From: a virus
IMG/VR virus record: IMGVR_UViG_3300008261_000042
Strand: one strand, 5' to 3'
Length of the DNA: 64,000 nucleotides
The position numbers and the translations under genes were made by a program. Shown here piece by piece: positions 29,080-37,519 of the stretch; positions within the stretch are counted from its first letter, which is position 1; every line of letters starts with the position of its first letter. The notes under the pieces are model-generated. The model worked only from the letters and a program-made list of their open reading frames with translations, was not told where the DNA came from and did no database searches.

Positions 29080-29798
29080 TGACTGAACACAATCTACCAG
29101 ACAAGGATGATGCTCCTTGGTTAAACACACAATACGATGGATTTATGACACACGAAGAAATTCTTGAAGAAGCAGCACGACGAGAAGCAGAAAACAAAGC
29201 ATGGACAGCAGTAGAAAAACTTTATGCTGAAAATGGTGATGCTTTAAAAGAACTTGCTGATATCGAAAAGGAAGAACGAATGGATGCAATTAGAACTGCA
29301 ATTTCTGGTATCGGTAAGTATTCTGATGCTCTTAAAGAACTTCGTAAGATTGAGCATGAAGAACTGATTGAAGAACTGCAAGCAAAGAAGAAAGAAAACT
29401 TCCAACTGGTTGCTGATGCTTGTATGAAAGAGTATGAGCAGAAATATCATCGTGATGTATTCCCAGTAGATGAATACTGGGTGTATATGGTTTCTGAATA
29501 CTTCGGAACTGGTGAAGGTCAAACTGTGTGTGTTATGATGACACAGGCAAATCCTGGTCATGCAGAAGATTTTGAAACATCTACCAATAGATATGTTCCC
29601 TGCACTACAAAGCAATATCGTGCTGTGAGAGCATTCCATGAGCAGTTTGGCACTTGGTATCTTCATGGTCTCAGATTCCTCAGTAAAGAAGATTTCTTCA
29701 GTGAATATTCATATTACATTCCTCCAGCGATGATGAAACTCTCCAATAAGAGTTGCTACAAAGATTTTCACACTCATGTTCATTATAACTTCTCATGA
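29079..29798 (+). CDS. Hypothetical protein (coiled-coil N-terminal half)
   Basis: TGATG coupling, 239 aa. Confidence 0.7.
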   Translation: MTEHNLPDKDDAPWLNTQYDGFMTHEEILEEAARREAENKAWTAVEKLYAENGDALKELADIEKEERMDAIRTAISGIGKYSDALKELRKIEHEELIEELQAKKKENFQLVADACMKEYEQKYHRDVFPVDEYWVYMVSEYFGTGEGQTVCVMMTQANPGHAEDFETSTNRYVPCTTKQYRAVRAFHEQFGTWYLHGLRFLSKEDFFSEYSYYIPPAMMKLSNKSCYKDFHTHVHYNFS

Positions 29799-29998
29799 CA
29801 GACAAAGAACTCTACAACCCTGATGAGTTTCTGCTTGATAATATCAAAGCATATCATTATGAGGTGATGGATGAAGGACATCATGTGTGGATGGCATTCT
29901 ATTTTGAGAATGGTAACACAGGACACTTGAATATTTTCCTAAATGATGGTAAAATTAACACACGTTATGAGGAATGGGATGAAAGAGTGGCTCAGTGA
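29795..29998 (+). CDS. Hypothetical protein
   Basis: ATGA overlap. Confidence 0.65.
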   Translation: MTDKELYNPDEFLLDNIKAYHYEVMDEGHHVWMAFYFENGNTGHLNIFLNDGKINTRYEEWDERVAQ

Positions 29999-30179
29999 TG
30001 CCTATTGGCATTGGCGTAATGTGTTTTATTTTAGATTCAATGAATACAATGATAGCATCGATAGTGGTGCTTTCTTTGAAGAATTAAACTATGGATGGTA
30101 TGAAATGTATATCGATCCATATGAGGATTGGTATACTCCTACAATCTCACCTGAACGCAAATTGAGGTTAGGTGAATGA
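29979..30179 (+). CDS. Hypothetical protein (Trp/Tyr-rich)
   Basis: ORF in the chain. Confidence 0.6.
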   Translation: MKEWLSDAYWHWRNVFYFRFNEYNDSIDSGAFFEELNYGWYEMYIDPYEDWYTPTISPERKLRLGE

Positions 30180-30388
30180 TCATTCCTGTGTTCATTTATA
30201 AGAGATTGATCGGATTTAAACCGATTATGTACACGCCATTGTGGTGGTGGTTACGATTGATGATGCACCAAGGATTTAGATTTGATGATTATCACATTTG
30301 GGGATCATTCTGGTCGTCATTGAATGGTGGCTGGAATGATATGACATATAAATGGGTGTACAAAACTTATTGGGGAGAAGACAAATGA
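30176..30388 (+). CDS. Hypothetical protein (Trp-rich)
   Basis: ATGA overlap. Confidence 0.6.
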   Translation: MIIPVFIYKRLIGFKPIMYTPLWWWLRLMMHQGFRFDDYHIWGSFWSSLNGGWNDMTYKWVYKTYWGEDK

Positions 30389-30570
30389 ATGTACCAACAC
30401 AATCTGAACTGATTCACCTTAAAATTCAAGCAGCAATGCGTGAACATATTTTTGAGGAAGATCAAATGAAATATCTTGGTATTCGTGAAGATAACCACTG
30501 GTATCTTGTCGGTGGAGAGCACGAAGTGCCTGTAACTGCTATCCAAATGTTTGAGATGCAAAATGATTGA
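30385..30570 (+). CDS. Hypothetical protein
   Basis: GGAG RBS and ATGA overlap. Confidence 0.65.
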   Translation: MNVPTQSELIHLKIQAAMREHIFEEDQMKYLGIREDNHWYLVGGEHEVPVTAIQMFEMQND

Positions 30571-30718
30571 ATGTACAGAAAATGAAGATGGATCACTTCT
30601 CATCACATGGGATAAAGATGATCCTGTAGAATCAATGCTTAACACATGGACAGAGGAAGACTTTGTTCGTGCTATAATGGATGAAGCAAACTTGCATTTG
30701 AAAAATGAAACTGTTTAA
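30563..30718 (+). CDS. Hypothetical acidic protein (51 aa)
   Basis: Translated by hand: MIECTENEDGSLLITWD...WTEEDF. Overlaps the upstream gene as ATGATTGA. Confidence 0.6.
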   Translation: MIECTENEDGSLLITWDKDDPVESMLNTWTEEDFVRAIMDEANLHLKNETV

Positions 30719-30983
30719 ATTTGAATATCGTGAAGATTTTGGACATGAGTGGTATTTCAAGTTTTTGTTTAACAAGAACTGGGGACTGCTTCAACTGTCA
30801 ATTGATTGGGGTGAATTCCCAGGCTATCCATACATTCAGGTAACATCTGGTATGGGGAAGCTTTTTGGTATTCTACTCTGTCTGGGCAAATTCGGATTTT
30901 GTGCTGAGGTGCTTGCCAGAACCTGGCGTCTGTGCTATGATGACGTGAAGTTTGAACTTGAGGACTTGACCAATGGCAATTGA
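30705..30983 (+). CDS. Hypothetical protein
   Basis: 92 aa ORF. Confidence 0.65.
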   Translation: MKLFKFEYREDFGHEWYFKFLFNKNWGLLQLSIDWGEFPGYPYIQVTSGMGKLFGILLCLGKFGFCAEVLARTWRLCYDDVKFELEDLTNGN

Positions 30984-31578
30984 AGGCTACGTCAAATTTG
31001 AATACTTTAGTAAAGGTGTTCAACCTTATTACAACAAAAGTATCTTTCCTGAACTTCTTGATGATGAAAATATTGTCATCAAGACACCTAACATTGAGAT
31101 GAGTTATCATCAATACTTTGGGTTGTTTAAGAAGTTCTTGATGTCTGTTGGTTTTAATGAAAAGAACATCATGCAAGGTGCATGTCATATCGCATTCAAT
31201 GAAGCGAATGACGAGAAAACAATGCGTGAGGTTGCTGAAGAGTATGATCTCATCATGTCTGAACAACTGCCTGAGATTATTGCAGACAGTAAAAAACAGG
31301 ATGAAGAATGGATTGAAAAGACTAATGACAGTTGGGAGCAACGATACTGGGCATTGTATCATAAAATGCAACAGCTTGAAGGTGATAGCTCAGAAAAATC
31401 ATTGGTAGATAGAGTTCAGGAAGGATATTCATATTGGAATAATCTTGTTCCTGGGTCACCAGAAGCAAGAGAGCAGGGATGCACTTGTCCTGTGCTAGAT
31501 AATATGGAAATGCCCGAAGATAAAAAATGGGTTAATAGCAAGTGTCCTATTCATGGTAAGAAAAACAAAGAAGAATAA
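30973..31578 (+). CDS. Hypothetical protein with C-terminal Cys/His module
   Basis: Ends with PGSPEAREQGCTCPVLDN...CPIHG. Confidence 0.7.
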   Translation: MAIEGYVKFEYFSKGVQPYYNKSIFPELLDDENIVIKTPNIEMSYHQYFGLFKKFLMSVGFNEKNIMQGACHIAFNEANDEKTMREVAEEYDLIMSEQLPEIIADSKKQDEEWIEKTNDSWEQRYWALYHKMQQLEGDSSEKSLVDRVQEGYSYWNNLVPGSPEAREQGCTCPVLDNMEMPEDKKWVNSKCPIHGKKNKEE

Positions 31579-31822
31579 ATTTGAACCATTTAAATTTCCA
31601 TACGAGAAATTCCCTATTTGCTTACAGCATTATGAAAAGGAAGATCTTAGAACTTGTTGGTTTGAATGTGAAGAGCATTTCCAAAAGTATGTTTCTAGAT
31701 ACAATTTAAATCCAAATGAAATTACATTCAAGCATAAAGATGGTGTGGAGATGGTGGTCGAAAGCACTGGGGGAAAAAGCGTCCGAGTGCGACAACGAAG
31801 CAGACAAAGTAGCAGTGATTAG
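31553..31822 (+). CDS. Hypothetical cyanophage protein
   Basis: FPYEKFP...CWFECEEH...KY..RY pattern. Confidence 0.65.
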   Translation: MVRKTKKNKFEPFKFPYEKFPICLQHYEKEDLRTCWFECEEHFQKYVSRYNLNPNEITFKHKDGVEMVVESTGGKSVRVRQRSRQSSSD

Positions 31823-32057
31823 GACATTTATATTTGCCACATATTTAATCACTAATGGTTTTATTGTGGCAAATGCTGTTCGTCACTGGAATGATAGAGA
31901 AATTAAAGTTGAGGTACAAATCTATGAAAATCCAAACTATGCAGAAGAGTTACACACAGAAGGATGGAACCGTGTGGGAGTGGAACGAAACTCCCGAATT
32001 GAGGGAGTTTATCACACAGGAACAGTCAAAGCAAATCGTACAGGTGAATTTGAATGA
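31740..32057 (+). CDS. Small membrane protein
   Basis: WRWWSKALGEKA...ADKVAVIRT, then a TM segment and RHW. Confidence 0.65.
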   Translation: MVWRWWSKALGEKASECDNEADKVAVIRTFIFATYLITNGFIVANAVRHWNDREIKVEVQIYENPNYAEELHTEGWNRVGVERNSRIEGVYHTGTVKANRTGEFE

Positions 32058-32079
32058 AAAACCACAACGAGCATCCTGA
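31939..32079 (+). CDS. Small hypothetical protein overlapping the upstream gene
   Basis: MQKSYTQKDGTVWEWNETPEL. Confidence 0.45.
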   Translation: MQKSYTQKDGTVWEWNETPELREFITQEQSKQIVQVNLNEKPQRAS

Positions 32080-32290
32080 AATTGCTGAGGTGAATTGGAT
32101 TGATGATACATTCCGTGTTGAACAATCTCGTTGGAAAACTTGGCGAAGTTATGCGAAAGATGGTAAAGAAATCATCACATCTCTTACTGAAGAACTTTGC
32201 ATCTCAGCAACAAGATTCTACCTCAAAGGTAAACAAGAAGGCTTTCAAGAATGTAAAATTTACGAAGGGGTGGTAGGTGGAAAACTCTAG
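32054..32290 (+). CDS. Conserved hypothetical cyanophage protein
   Basis: IDDTFRVE...TRFYLK..QEG...Y.GVVGGKL. Confidence 0.75.
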   Translation: MKNHNEHPEIAEVNWIDDTFRVEQSRWKTWRSYAKDGKEIITSLTEELCISATRFYLKGKQEGFQECKIYEGVVGGKL

Positions 32291-32441
32291 CTATCCTTAT
32301 CATGAACTAGATCCTACTACGCCATGGTATGAATGGTTATGCTACTGTGAAATCTGTCATCAATTAGATGCACCTGGGCAACCAAACTGGAATAGATATA
32401 TGCGATATCGTAATTATCTTAAAGAGGTTGGTGTACTATGA
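32277..32441 (+). CDS. Small hypothetical protein with CxxC
   Basis: Translated by hand from a GTG start: ENSSYPYHELDPTTPWYEWLCYCEICHQL...YRNYLKEVGVL. Confidence 0.6.
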   Translation: MENSSYPYHELDPTTPWYEWLCYCEICHQLDAPGQPNWNRYMRYRNYLKEVGVL

Positions 32442-32626
32442 GTAATTACACTTTTGATTACACAAGTAATGACGATCGAATAACAGAATTAGAAGCTCGC
32501 ATAGATTATCTTGAACGAGAGAATGTTAGCTTGACCAATGAATTGTATGAGCTACACAATCGAATAGATGCTATCGAGGTTTGTAACGACATCAACACAC
32601 TTAGAAACTTTACACTTGAAAAATAA
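32438..32626 (+). CDS. Small coiled-coil protein
   Basis: RITELEARIDYLERENVSLTNELYEL heptads. Confidence 0.65.
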   Translation: MSNYTFDYTSNDDRITELEARIDYLERENVSLTNELYELHNRIDAIEVCNDINTLRNFTLEK

Positions 32627-32847
32627 TGGCACTATCTGAATCAGTTGAAACTAGTTTGAAAGAGGCAGAAGCATCACTTCGTAATGCTTTAGCCTATGCT
32701 GCACGTCAAGAACGTCCCCTAGTATGTAAAACTATCTCCACTCTCATTGCTGACATTGATCAGCTGATGAAGTTTGACAATTTGATTGATAAACTTGAAG
32801 AGAGGATGGAAGGTGGTAAAGGAAACTGGGGACCATTTAGTTCGTGA
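32626..32847 (+). CDS. Conserved hypothetical cyanophage protein
   Basis: MALSESVETSLKEAEASLRNALAYAARQERP. Confidence 0.75.
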   Translation: MALSESVETSLKEAEASLRNALAYAARQERPLVCKTISTLIADIDQLMKFDNLIDKLEERMEGGKGNWGPFSS

Positions 32848-32937
32848 CTATTTGTTACGACATACTTAAGTAAACATTAAGAACTGGCACTATCTGGTTA
32901 AATAGTGTTAGGATTTCAACACATTCGGGATCACACG

Positions 32938-33099
32938 ATGACTCTTCCTCACAAGACAGAACAACTTTCTGAACAAGAGTGGTCAGAAATGACTGCACTC
33001 AAACGTGCAATCAATCTACGTCCACAGTCTGTTGTTCCTGAAAAGATGGAAATGTTTACAGAATATCTTGTTCGTAGTTTGCGAGAGAAGGGTGGGTGA
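32938..33099 (+). CDS. Hypothetical protein
   Basis: EWSEMTALKRAI..PQSVVPEKMEMFTEYLVRSL. Confidence 0.65.
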   Translation: MTLPHKTEQLSEQEWSEMTALKRAINLRPQSVVPEKMEMFTEYLVRSLREKGG

Positions 33100-33153
33100 C
33101 AATTTAAAAACTGGCACAAGGGGGGTTTCGCACCCCCTTTTTTCATGTATATT
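33096..33153 (+). promoter_or_regulatory. Cassette of palindrome, terminator hairpin and extended -10 early promoter
   Basis: GTGACAATTtaaaAACTGGCACA, then GGGGGT-TTCGC-ACCCCC-TTTTTT, then TG-TATATT. Confidence 0.65.
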
Positions 33154-33178
33154 AAGTGGGTCGAGAGGACACCACCCA

Positions 33179-33328
33179 ATGAAAACCACTTACATTTTCC
33201 TTGCATTCATTGCCATCCTCATGTACAATGGTATGCTCGCCAAACGTGATGCTGAATTGTTCAGAGCATATGATAAAGTATGTGCTGAACTATCACAACA
33301 ACACCCTGATTGCAAACACGCAAAATGA
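33179..33328 (+). CDS. Small membrane/secreted protein
   Basis: MKTTYIFLAFIAILMYNG. Confidence 0.6.
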   Translation: MKTTYIFLAFIAILMYNGMLAKRDAELFRAYDKVCAELSQQHPDCKHAK

Positions 33329-33471
33329 AAACATTCAATGTAATACTTGAGCACTGGCAGACCAGAAAGCTTAAGTTCATCACAGTTGAAGAATGCAAAG
33401 ATATGGATGATTGTATCAACCATGTCAAGGAAACTGAACCCGACTTTGAAATTATCCAAATCACACCATGA
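33325..33471 (+). CDS. Hypothetical protein (48 aa)
   Basis: Translated by hand; ATGA overlaps at both ends. Confidence 0.55.
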   Translation: MKTFNVILEHWQTRKLKFITVEECKDMDDCINHVKETEPDFEIIQITP

Positions 33472-33671
33472 CTGTTATCAAAGATTGCTTCGATGATCCC
33501 ACTGTCACACTGTCAGTGTCAGCTCGGGAAGTTAAATTGATCATGCTTGCAATGAATCGTTTTAACGATGAATTGTATAAAGGTTCATATAAGATGGACG
33601 ATGATACCACACAGCGGTGGGAGTCCATCATGGACTATGTGACAGATGAAGCACTGACACACGGTGCTTGA
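33468..33671 (+). CDS. Hypothetical protein
   Basis: 67 aa ORF. Confidence 0.6.
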   Translation: MTVIKDCFDDPTVTLSVSAREVKLIMLAMNRFNDELYKGSYKMDDDTTQRWESIMDYVTDEALTHGA

Positions 33672-33696
33672 CCTCACCCCCAACCTCCCCTATACT
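33638..33696 (+). promoter_or_regulatory. Palindrome plus sigma70-type early promoter
   Basis: TGTGACAGATgaagCACTGACACA, then TTGACC, 17 nt spacer, TATACT. Confidence 0.75.
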
Positions 33697-33724
33697 GATT
33701 AAGTCAACCACACAGGACAAAGAC

Positions 33725-34183
33725 ATGGGCACCCGCTCCCGCATCGGCTATGAACTTCCAGACCACACTGTTGTTTCTGTTTACTGCCATTATGATGGTT
33801 ATGTTGAGCACAATGGTCGTGTTCTGGTTGAACATTACACTGACCGTGATGCGGTAAAAGAACTGATCGACGGTGGTAGCATGTCTTCGCTTCACACTAC
33901 TCACCTGTGGGTCACTGCTGCTGTTCGTGACCAGGATGGTCAGATCGTGCGTGACATGGATGGCAACTGGGTGTATTCTCCCACTCGTGATGCTCAGCCT
34001 CTCTATCACACTGAGCGTGGTGAAGAGCTTCAAATTGATCACACTAGCTTCGATGAGTTTGTTTCTGGTAACTGCAGCGAGGAGTATGCTTACCTGTTTG
34101 ACCTAAACGGCAACTGGAAAGCATACAAAATTGGCTGGGGTCCAGTTGAGCGTATCGAACTTCCCAACTACGTTACTGCCTGA
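33725..34183 (+). CDS. Conserved hypothetical phage protein
   Basis: MGTRSRIG...SVYCHYDGY...G..L..HY...EEYAYLF pattern. Start is the first ATG after the promoter. Confidence 0.8.
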   Translation: MGTRSRIGYELPDHTVVSVYCHYDGYVEHNGRVLVEHYTDRDAVKELIDGGSMSSLHTTHLWVTAAVRDQDGQIVRDMDGNWVYSPTRDAQPLYHTERGEELQIDHTSFDEFVSGNCSEEYAYLFDLNGNWKAYKIGWGPVERIELPNYVTA

Positions 34184-34186
34184 ACA

Positions 34187-34411
34187 ATGAACGAAAACGA
34201 CATTACTATTTCTCTCACAGAATCTCAGCACGAACTGTTGAATGAGATTCTATGTCATGCTGTGAGTTCTGTGCAACTCGTGTCACCATATGATGACGGG
34301 ATGTACGATCTGCCACTTGACAACCCGATCATTCAACGCTATACTATGATTGAAAATCTCAGGGAAATGTTCCTTGAGCTTTGGTCCGATCGATTTGAAC
34401 TTTCCCGATGA
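34187..34411 (+). CDS. Hypothetical protein
   Basis: 74 aa ORF. Confidence 0.65.
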   Translation: MNENDITISLTESQHELLNEILCHAVSSVQLVSPYDDGMYDLPLDNPIIQRYTMIENLREMFLELWSDRFELSR

Positions 34412-34677
34412 AATTTACTGAACTCGACTTTCAACCTCACCCTAACTGGAATGGTGTTCAAGCAAAACACTTCTTTGATAATGGTTATGGAGTGTCTGTA
34501 ATTAAAGCTTCCGAATCTTACGGTGGTTCTGAAGGACTTTATGAACTTGCGGTTCTTAAAGGTGGTGAAGAAGATTGGAAAATTTGCTATGATACTCCTA
34601 TCACAGATGATGTTATTGGGCATTTGACCCCAGAAGATATTGACACCATTCTTAATCAAGTTGAGGAATTAAAATGA
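34408..34677 (+). CDS. Conserved hypothetical phage protein
   Basis: FDNGYGVSVI...SYGG..GLYELAVL...YDTPITDDVIG.L. Confidence 0.8.
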   Translation: MKFTELDFQPHPNWNGVQAKHFFDNGYGVSVIKASESYGGSEGLYELAVLKGGEEDWKICYDTPITDDVIGHLTPEDIDTILNQVEELK

Positions 34678-34865
34678 AAACTACTACTGCTCTTGGTGTT
34701 GTATTTGGAGTTGTTCTCCTTGCAACAGTAGGATTACTTGTCCAAACGTGGTTGCTTGGCATCATTCTACCTTGGTTTGGTGTCTCACTGACATTCTGGC
34801 AAAACTTTGCTATTATTGTTCTTGCTAACATGATTACTTATAGTTCTGGAGGTTCTTCCAAATGA
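34674..34865 (+). CDS. Small two-TM membrane protein
   Basis: Hydrophobic along its whole length. Confidence 0.65.
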   Translation: MKTTTALGVVFGVVLLATVGLLVQTWLLGIILPWFGVSLTFWQNFAIIVLANMITYSSGGSSK

Positions 34866-35266
34866 AACAAAACGGATATATTGACCCTGTTGCTGTTTTT
34901 GTTATTGGTGGTGTGATTGTGCTTGGTGGTCTCATCTTCATTGGTGGTCCACAATACAATGTGTGGCAACAATCTCTTGCTGGTAAAGCTGAGCTTCAGA
35001 AAGCAGAATACACTCGCCAGGTGGCTGTGCTTGAAGCACAAGCAAAGAAAGATTCTGCATCACAACTTGCTGAAGCAGAGATTATTCGTGCTCAAGGTGT
35101 TGCTAAGGCAAACCAAATCATTGGTGATAGCCTGAAGGACAACCGTGAGTATCTACAGTACCTGTACATCACTGGTATTGAAGATGGTAGCAAGAATGGC
35201 AATGTGACCATTTATGTTCCCACCGAAGGTGGAATGCCCGTCCCTACTCTCCAAATGAACAAATGA
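34862..35266 (+). CDS. Membrane protein resembling the C-terminal coiled coil of SPFH/prohibitin proteins
   Basis: N-terminal TM, AEAEIIRAQGVAKANQIIGDSL...YLQYL and IYVPTE. Confidence 0.7.
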   Translation: MKQNGYIDPVAVFVIGGVIVLGGLIFIGGPQYNVWQQSLAGKAELQKAEYTRQVAVLEAQAKKDSASQLAEAEIIRAQGVAKANQIIGDSLKDNREYLQYLYITGIEDGSKNGNVTIYVPTEGGMPVPTLQMNK

Positions 35267-35427
35267 TTGAAATTCTGCTTGCATCCTTGATCTCCACTAC
35301 ACCCATGGACAAATCAGAACAGATTAATCGGTTCTGTGCTTATGTGGTTGGTATTCCATATGCTAGCGATAATTTTACTGATGAAGAGTGGCAAAGATTT
35401 GTATATTGTAGAGAACATCTAAAATGA
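35263..35427 (+). CDS. Hypothetical protein (54 aa)
   Basis: Translated by hand: MIEILLAS...FCAYVVGIPYASDNFTDEEW. Confidence 0.6.
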   Translation: MIEILLASLISTTPMDKSEQINRFCAYVVGIPYASDNFTDEEWQRFVYCREHLK

Positions 35428-35606
35428 TAACCAAAGATGGATATGCTACGGTTCCCTGGGGGAGCCGTTTTGTTTTGATCTATAATGGCTACCAGCTCAG
35501 CGACCACAAGACGTATGAGCAGGCTGTGGACGCCTTGAAGAAGCATCGTAGCCTCACCAGGCAGCCCAAGACCAAATCAAAGGCTAAGCTGCCCCTGGAT
35601 GATTAA
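35424..35606 (+). CDS. Hypothetical protein
   Basis: ITKDGYATVPWG...IYNG.Q. Confidence 0.65.
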   Translation: MITKDGYATVPWGSRFVLIYNGYQLSDHKTYEQAVDALKKHRSLTRQPKTKSKAKLPLDD

Positions 35607-35625
35607 CAAATGCCACAGACCACGC

Positions 35626-35654
35626 TTGCACTCCGCAGCCACCTGTGCTATGAT
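35626..35654 (+). promoter_or_regulatory. Sigma70-type early promoter
   Basis: TTGCAC, 17 nt spacer, TG-C-TATGAT. A half-site AATGCCACA lies upstream. Confidence 0.7.
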
Positions 35655-35682
35655 ACGGGGGTAGTCAAGGCACAGGAGCCTT

Positions 35683-35883
35683 ATGACCCAACCAGTTTTC
35701 GTAAAGAAGAAACCATTTCCGCAAGGTGCCGCAATGCCATACATGGTACGTGGCATTGTAAACTCAAAACGTGTGGAATTGATCGATCGTCGTACCAATT
35801 TCCGCATTGGCATTTATCCTAATGAGGATTGTGCCTATGAAGCCCGTCGTTTTCAACTCATGCGTGAAGGTTATGAAGTGTGA
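35683..35883 (+). CDS. Hypothetical protein
   Basis: AGGAG RBS directly after the promoter. Confidence 0.65.
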   Translation: MTQPVFVKKKPFPQGAAMPYMVRGIVNSKRVELIDRRTNFRIGIYPNEDCAYEARRFQLMREGYEV

Positions 35884-36016
35884 AGTACAGCTCTACGTTG
35901 CAGGCACCGTATTTTACGAGACAGTCATTGCTCGTAATTATGAAGAAGCAAAACAAACTGCTCTTGCCCGCAATCCTAAAGCTAAAGTCATCGCTGTTAC
36001 TGCTAAGTTTAACTGA
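35873..36016 (+). CDS. Conserved small cyanophage protein
   Basis: MKCEVQLYVAGTVF.E.V.ARNY.EA...ALARNP. Confidence 0.7.
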   Translation: MKCEVQLYVAGTVFYETVIARNYEEAKQTALARNPKAKVIAVTAKFN

Positions 36017-36174
36017 TGAATCTAACTGAAGAAGAACTTAACTACATCATGTCTGCTATGCAGCTGATGAGTACAAGACAAGAAGCATTCCTTCAACAAC
36101 AATGCAATTGTGATTCAAGGAAACTCTATGCTAAACTATTTGATCTTAATGAGGTACTTCACGATGCAAACTGA
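36016..36174 (+). CDS. Hypothetical protein (52 aa)
   Basis: Translated by hand; TGATG coupling. Confidence 0.55.
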   Translation: MNLTEEELNYIMSAMQLMSTRQEAFLQQQCNCDSRKLYAKLFDLNEVLHDAN

Positions 36175-36283
36175 ACACAACCAAGAAGAACAACACATTG
36201 ATGATCTGTTCATGATGGCATTAGAAGAAAAAGCAGCAGAACTTGAAATCACTGTGGATTATTACATGGCTGAATTCATGTAA
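36164..36283 (+). CDS. Small acidic protein (39 aa)
   Basis: MQTEHNQEE...EEKAAELEITVDYYMAEFM. Confidence 0.6.
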   Translation: MQTEHNQEEQHIDDLFMMALEEKAAELEITVDYYMAEFM

Positions 36284-36317
36284 TCTAAATACTAGTTGTC
36301 TCTAAAACCATCTTAAC

Positions 36318-36470
36318 ATGGCAGCAAACATCGACCAAGCAAATGCTCTTATTGGTGAACTCAAAGACACCATTAAAGATTTGCAACACCAAAACGAAAA
36401 CCTTCAACATCAAGTTGATACTCTCACTCAAGAACTAGATCTACGTCATGATAAATTCTATGATTGCTGA
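36318..36470 (+). CDS. Small coiled-coil protein (50 aa)
   Basis: Translated by hand; preceded by a late-like CTAAATA. Confidence 0.55.
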   Translation: MAANIDQANALIGELKDTIKDLQHQNENLQHQVDTLTQELDLRHDKFYDC

Positions 36471-36723
36471 TGTAGTTATTGATTTTGATAATCATTTAAA
36501 ACATGGTAGGGTGTATCTTGTTGAACTACAAGTAGCTTATCAAGATGCACCAGATGATGCACCATCAAGTATTGATATTGATATCTACGTTGTAGCTACT
36601 AGCCATTATATGGCACAATACATTGCCCACACTATGTACCCTGATGTAATGAGTATTCATGTCCACGAAGAACCCATCACAGAATACGGTTATGCTGCCA
36701 GAAGGAACAGAGGTATATTATAA
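36460..36723 (+). CDS. Hypothetical protein
   Basis: ORF in the chain. Confidence 0.65.
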   Translation: MIADVVIDFDNHLKHGRVYLVELQVAYQDAPDDAPSSIDIDIYVVATSHYMAQYIAHTMYPDVMSIHVHEEPITEYGYAARRNRGIL

Positions 36724-36883
36724 TGGCATGTATGGTATAGTACGTTTCACTTGCGAACACTACATTACTGTATGTGTCCGCAAATTCCCAGATGATCCAC
36801 GCAGAGATGTGTGTATCTTAGTCTATCCTAATCAACAACATCAAATTGAACTTGTTCGAGGTAACCATTCACACGAATCATGA
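36692..36883 (+). CDS. Hypothetical protein
   Basis: G..V.Y.G..G.V.F.CEHYITVCV...DVCILVYP. Confidence 0.65.
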   Translation: MLPEGTEVYYNGMYGIVRFTCEHYITVCVRKFPDDPRRDVCILVYPNQQHQIELVRGNHSHES

Positions 36884-37080
36884 CTTACTTTTCTGATTTT
36901 GATACAACTGAATACTACTACAATGATGAAAGCCTGAGGAAATCTATCCTCCAACAAGCTAATGACATTTACCTGGAACCCACTTTGGAAACTGTCCCAG
37001 ACGACCTGTTCGATGAGCTGGATCTACCCTATTATATTGAAGCACACAACAACGCCTGGCTGACCGAGGAAGCTCTCTAA
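36880..37080 (+). CDS. Small highly acidic protein
   Basis: D/E/Y-rich, 66 aa. Confidence 0.6.
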   Translation: MTYFSDFDTTEYYYNDESLRKSILQQANDIYLEPTLETVPDDLFDELDLPYYIEAHNNAWLTEEAL

Positions 37081-37253
37081 TGAATAAAGCACATCTTCAG
37101 AATGCAGTCAACAAAATGGATAAAGCTCTTATCTACACAAAAGAAATGACTACTGATCCTGAACATGGTTATGCTTTCTCTTACGGTTATCTCCACGCTC
37201 AAGCTCAAGAGCTTAATGCTATCCTGAAAGCACTCTTGACACTCCCACAATAA
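37080..37253 (+). CDS. Hypothetical protein (57 aa)
   Basis: Translated by hand; TAATG coupling. Confidence 0.55.
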   Translation: MNKAHLQNAVNKMDKALIYTKEMTTDPEHGYAFSYGYLHAQAQELNAILKALLTLPQ

Positions 37254-37264
37254 TCTGTTAAACT
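37236..37264 (+). promoter_or_regulatory. Sigma70-type promoter
   Basis: TTGACA, 17 nt spacer, TG-T-TAAACT. Confidence 0.7.
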
Positions 37265-37288
37265 GTTACTACACTCATGGAGGATACT

Positions 37289-37519
37289 ATGAACACTGAA
37301 CTGATGTACGTTGTCATCGAAAACAAAGCACTCGCTATTGATTACAATGGCACTCCCGTCGTTTGTAATGTCATTCAACAAGATGATATTGAATACGTTG
37401 ATTGGGATTCTGCTGATCCTATCGACTGGCTTGACCTTAACCCAGATCAATACCAACTATTCAAAGAAACTGTTGATTTCCTCCATACTCATACACAACA
37501 AAACATTTTTGTAAAATGA
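37289..37519 (+). CDS. Hypothetical protein
   Basis: GGAGGA RBS before the ATG at 37289. Confidence 0.7.
   Translation: MNTELMYVVIENKALAIDYNGTPVVCNVIQQDDIEYVDWDSADPIDWLDLNPDQYQLFKETVDFLHTHTQQNIFVK

Noticed and set aside
28663-31408. Long minus-strand or alternate-frame ORFs (28663-29130, 29244-29666, 30769-31371, 31148-31408)
   Set aside because: They overlap a continuous, translationally coupled + strand gene chain and have no coding features of their own.
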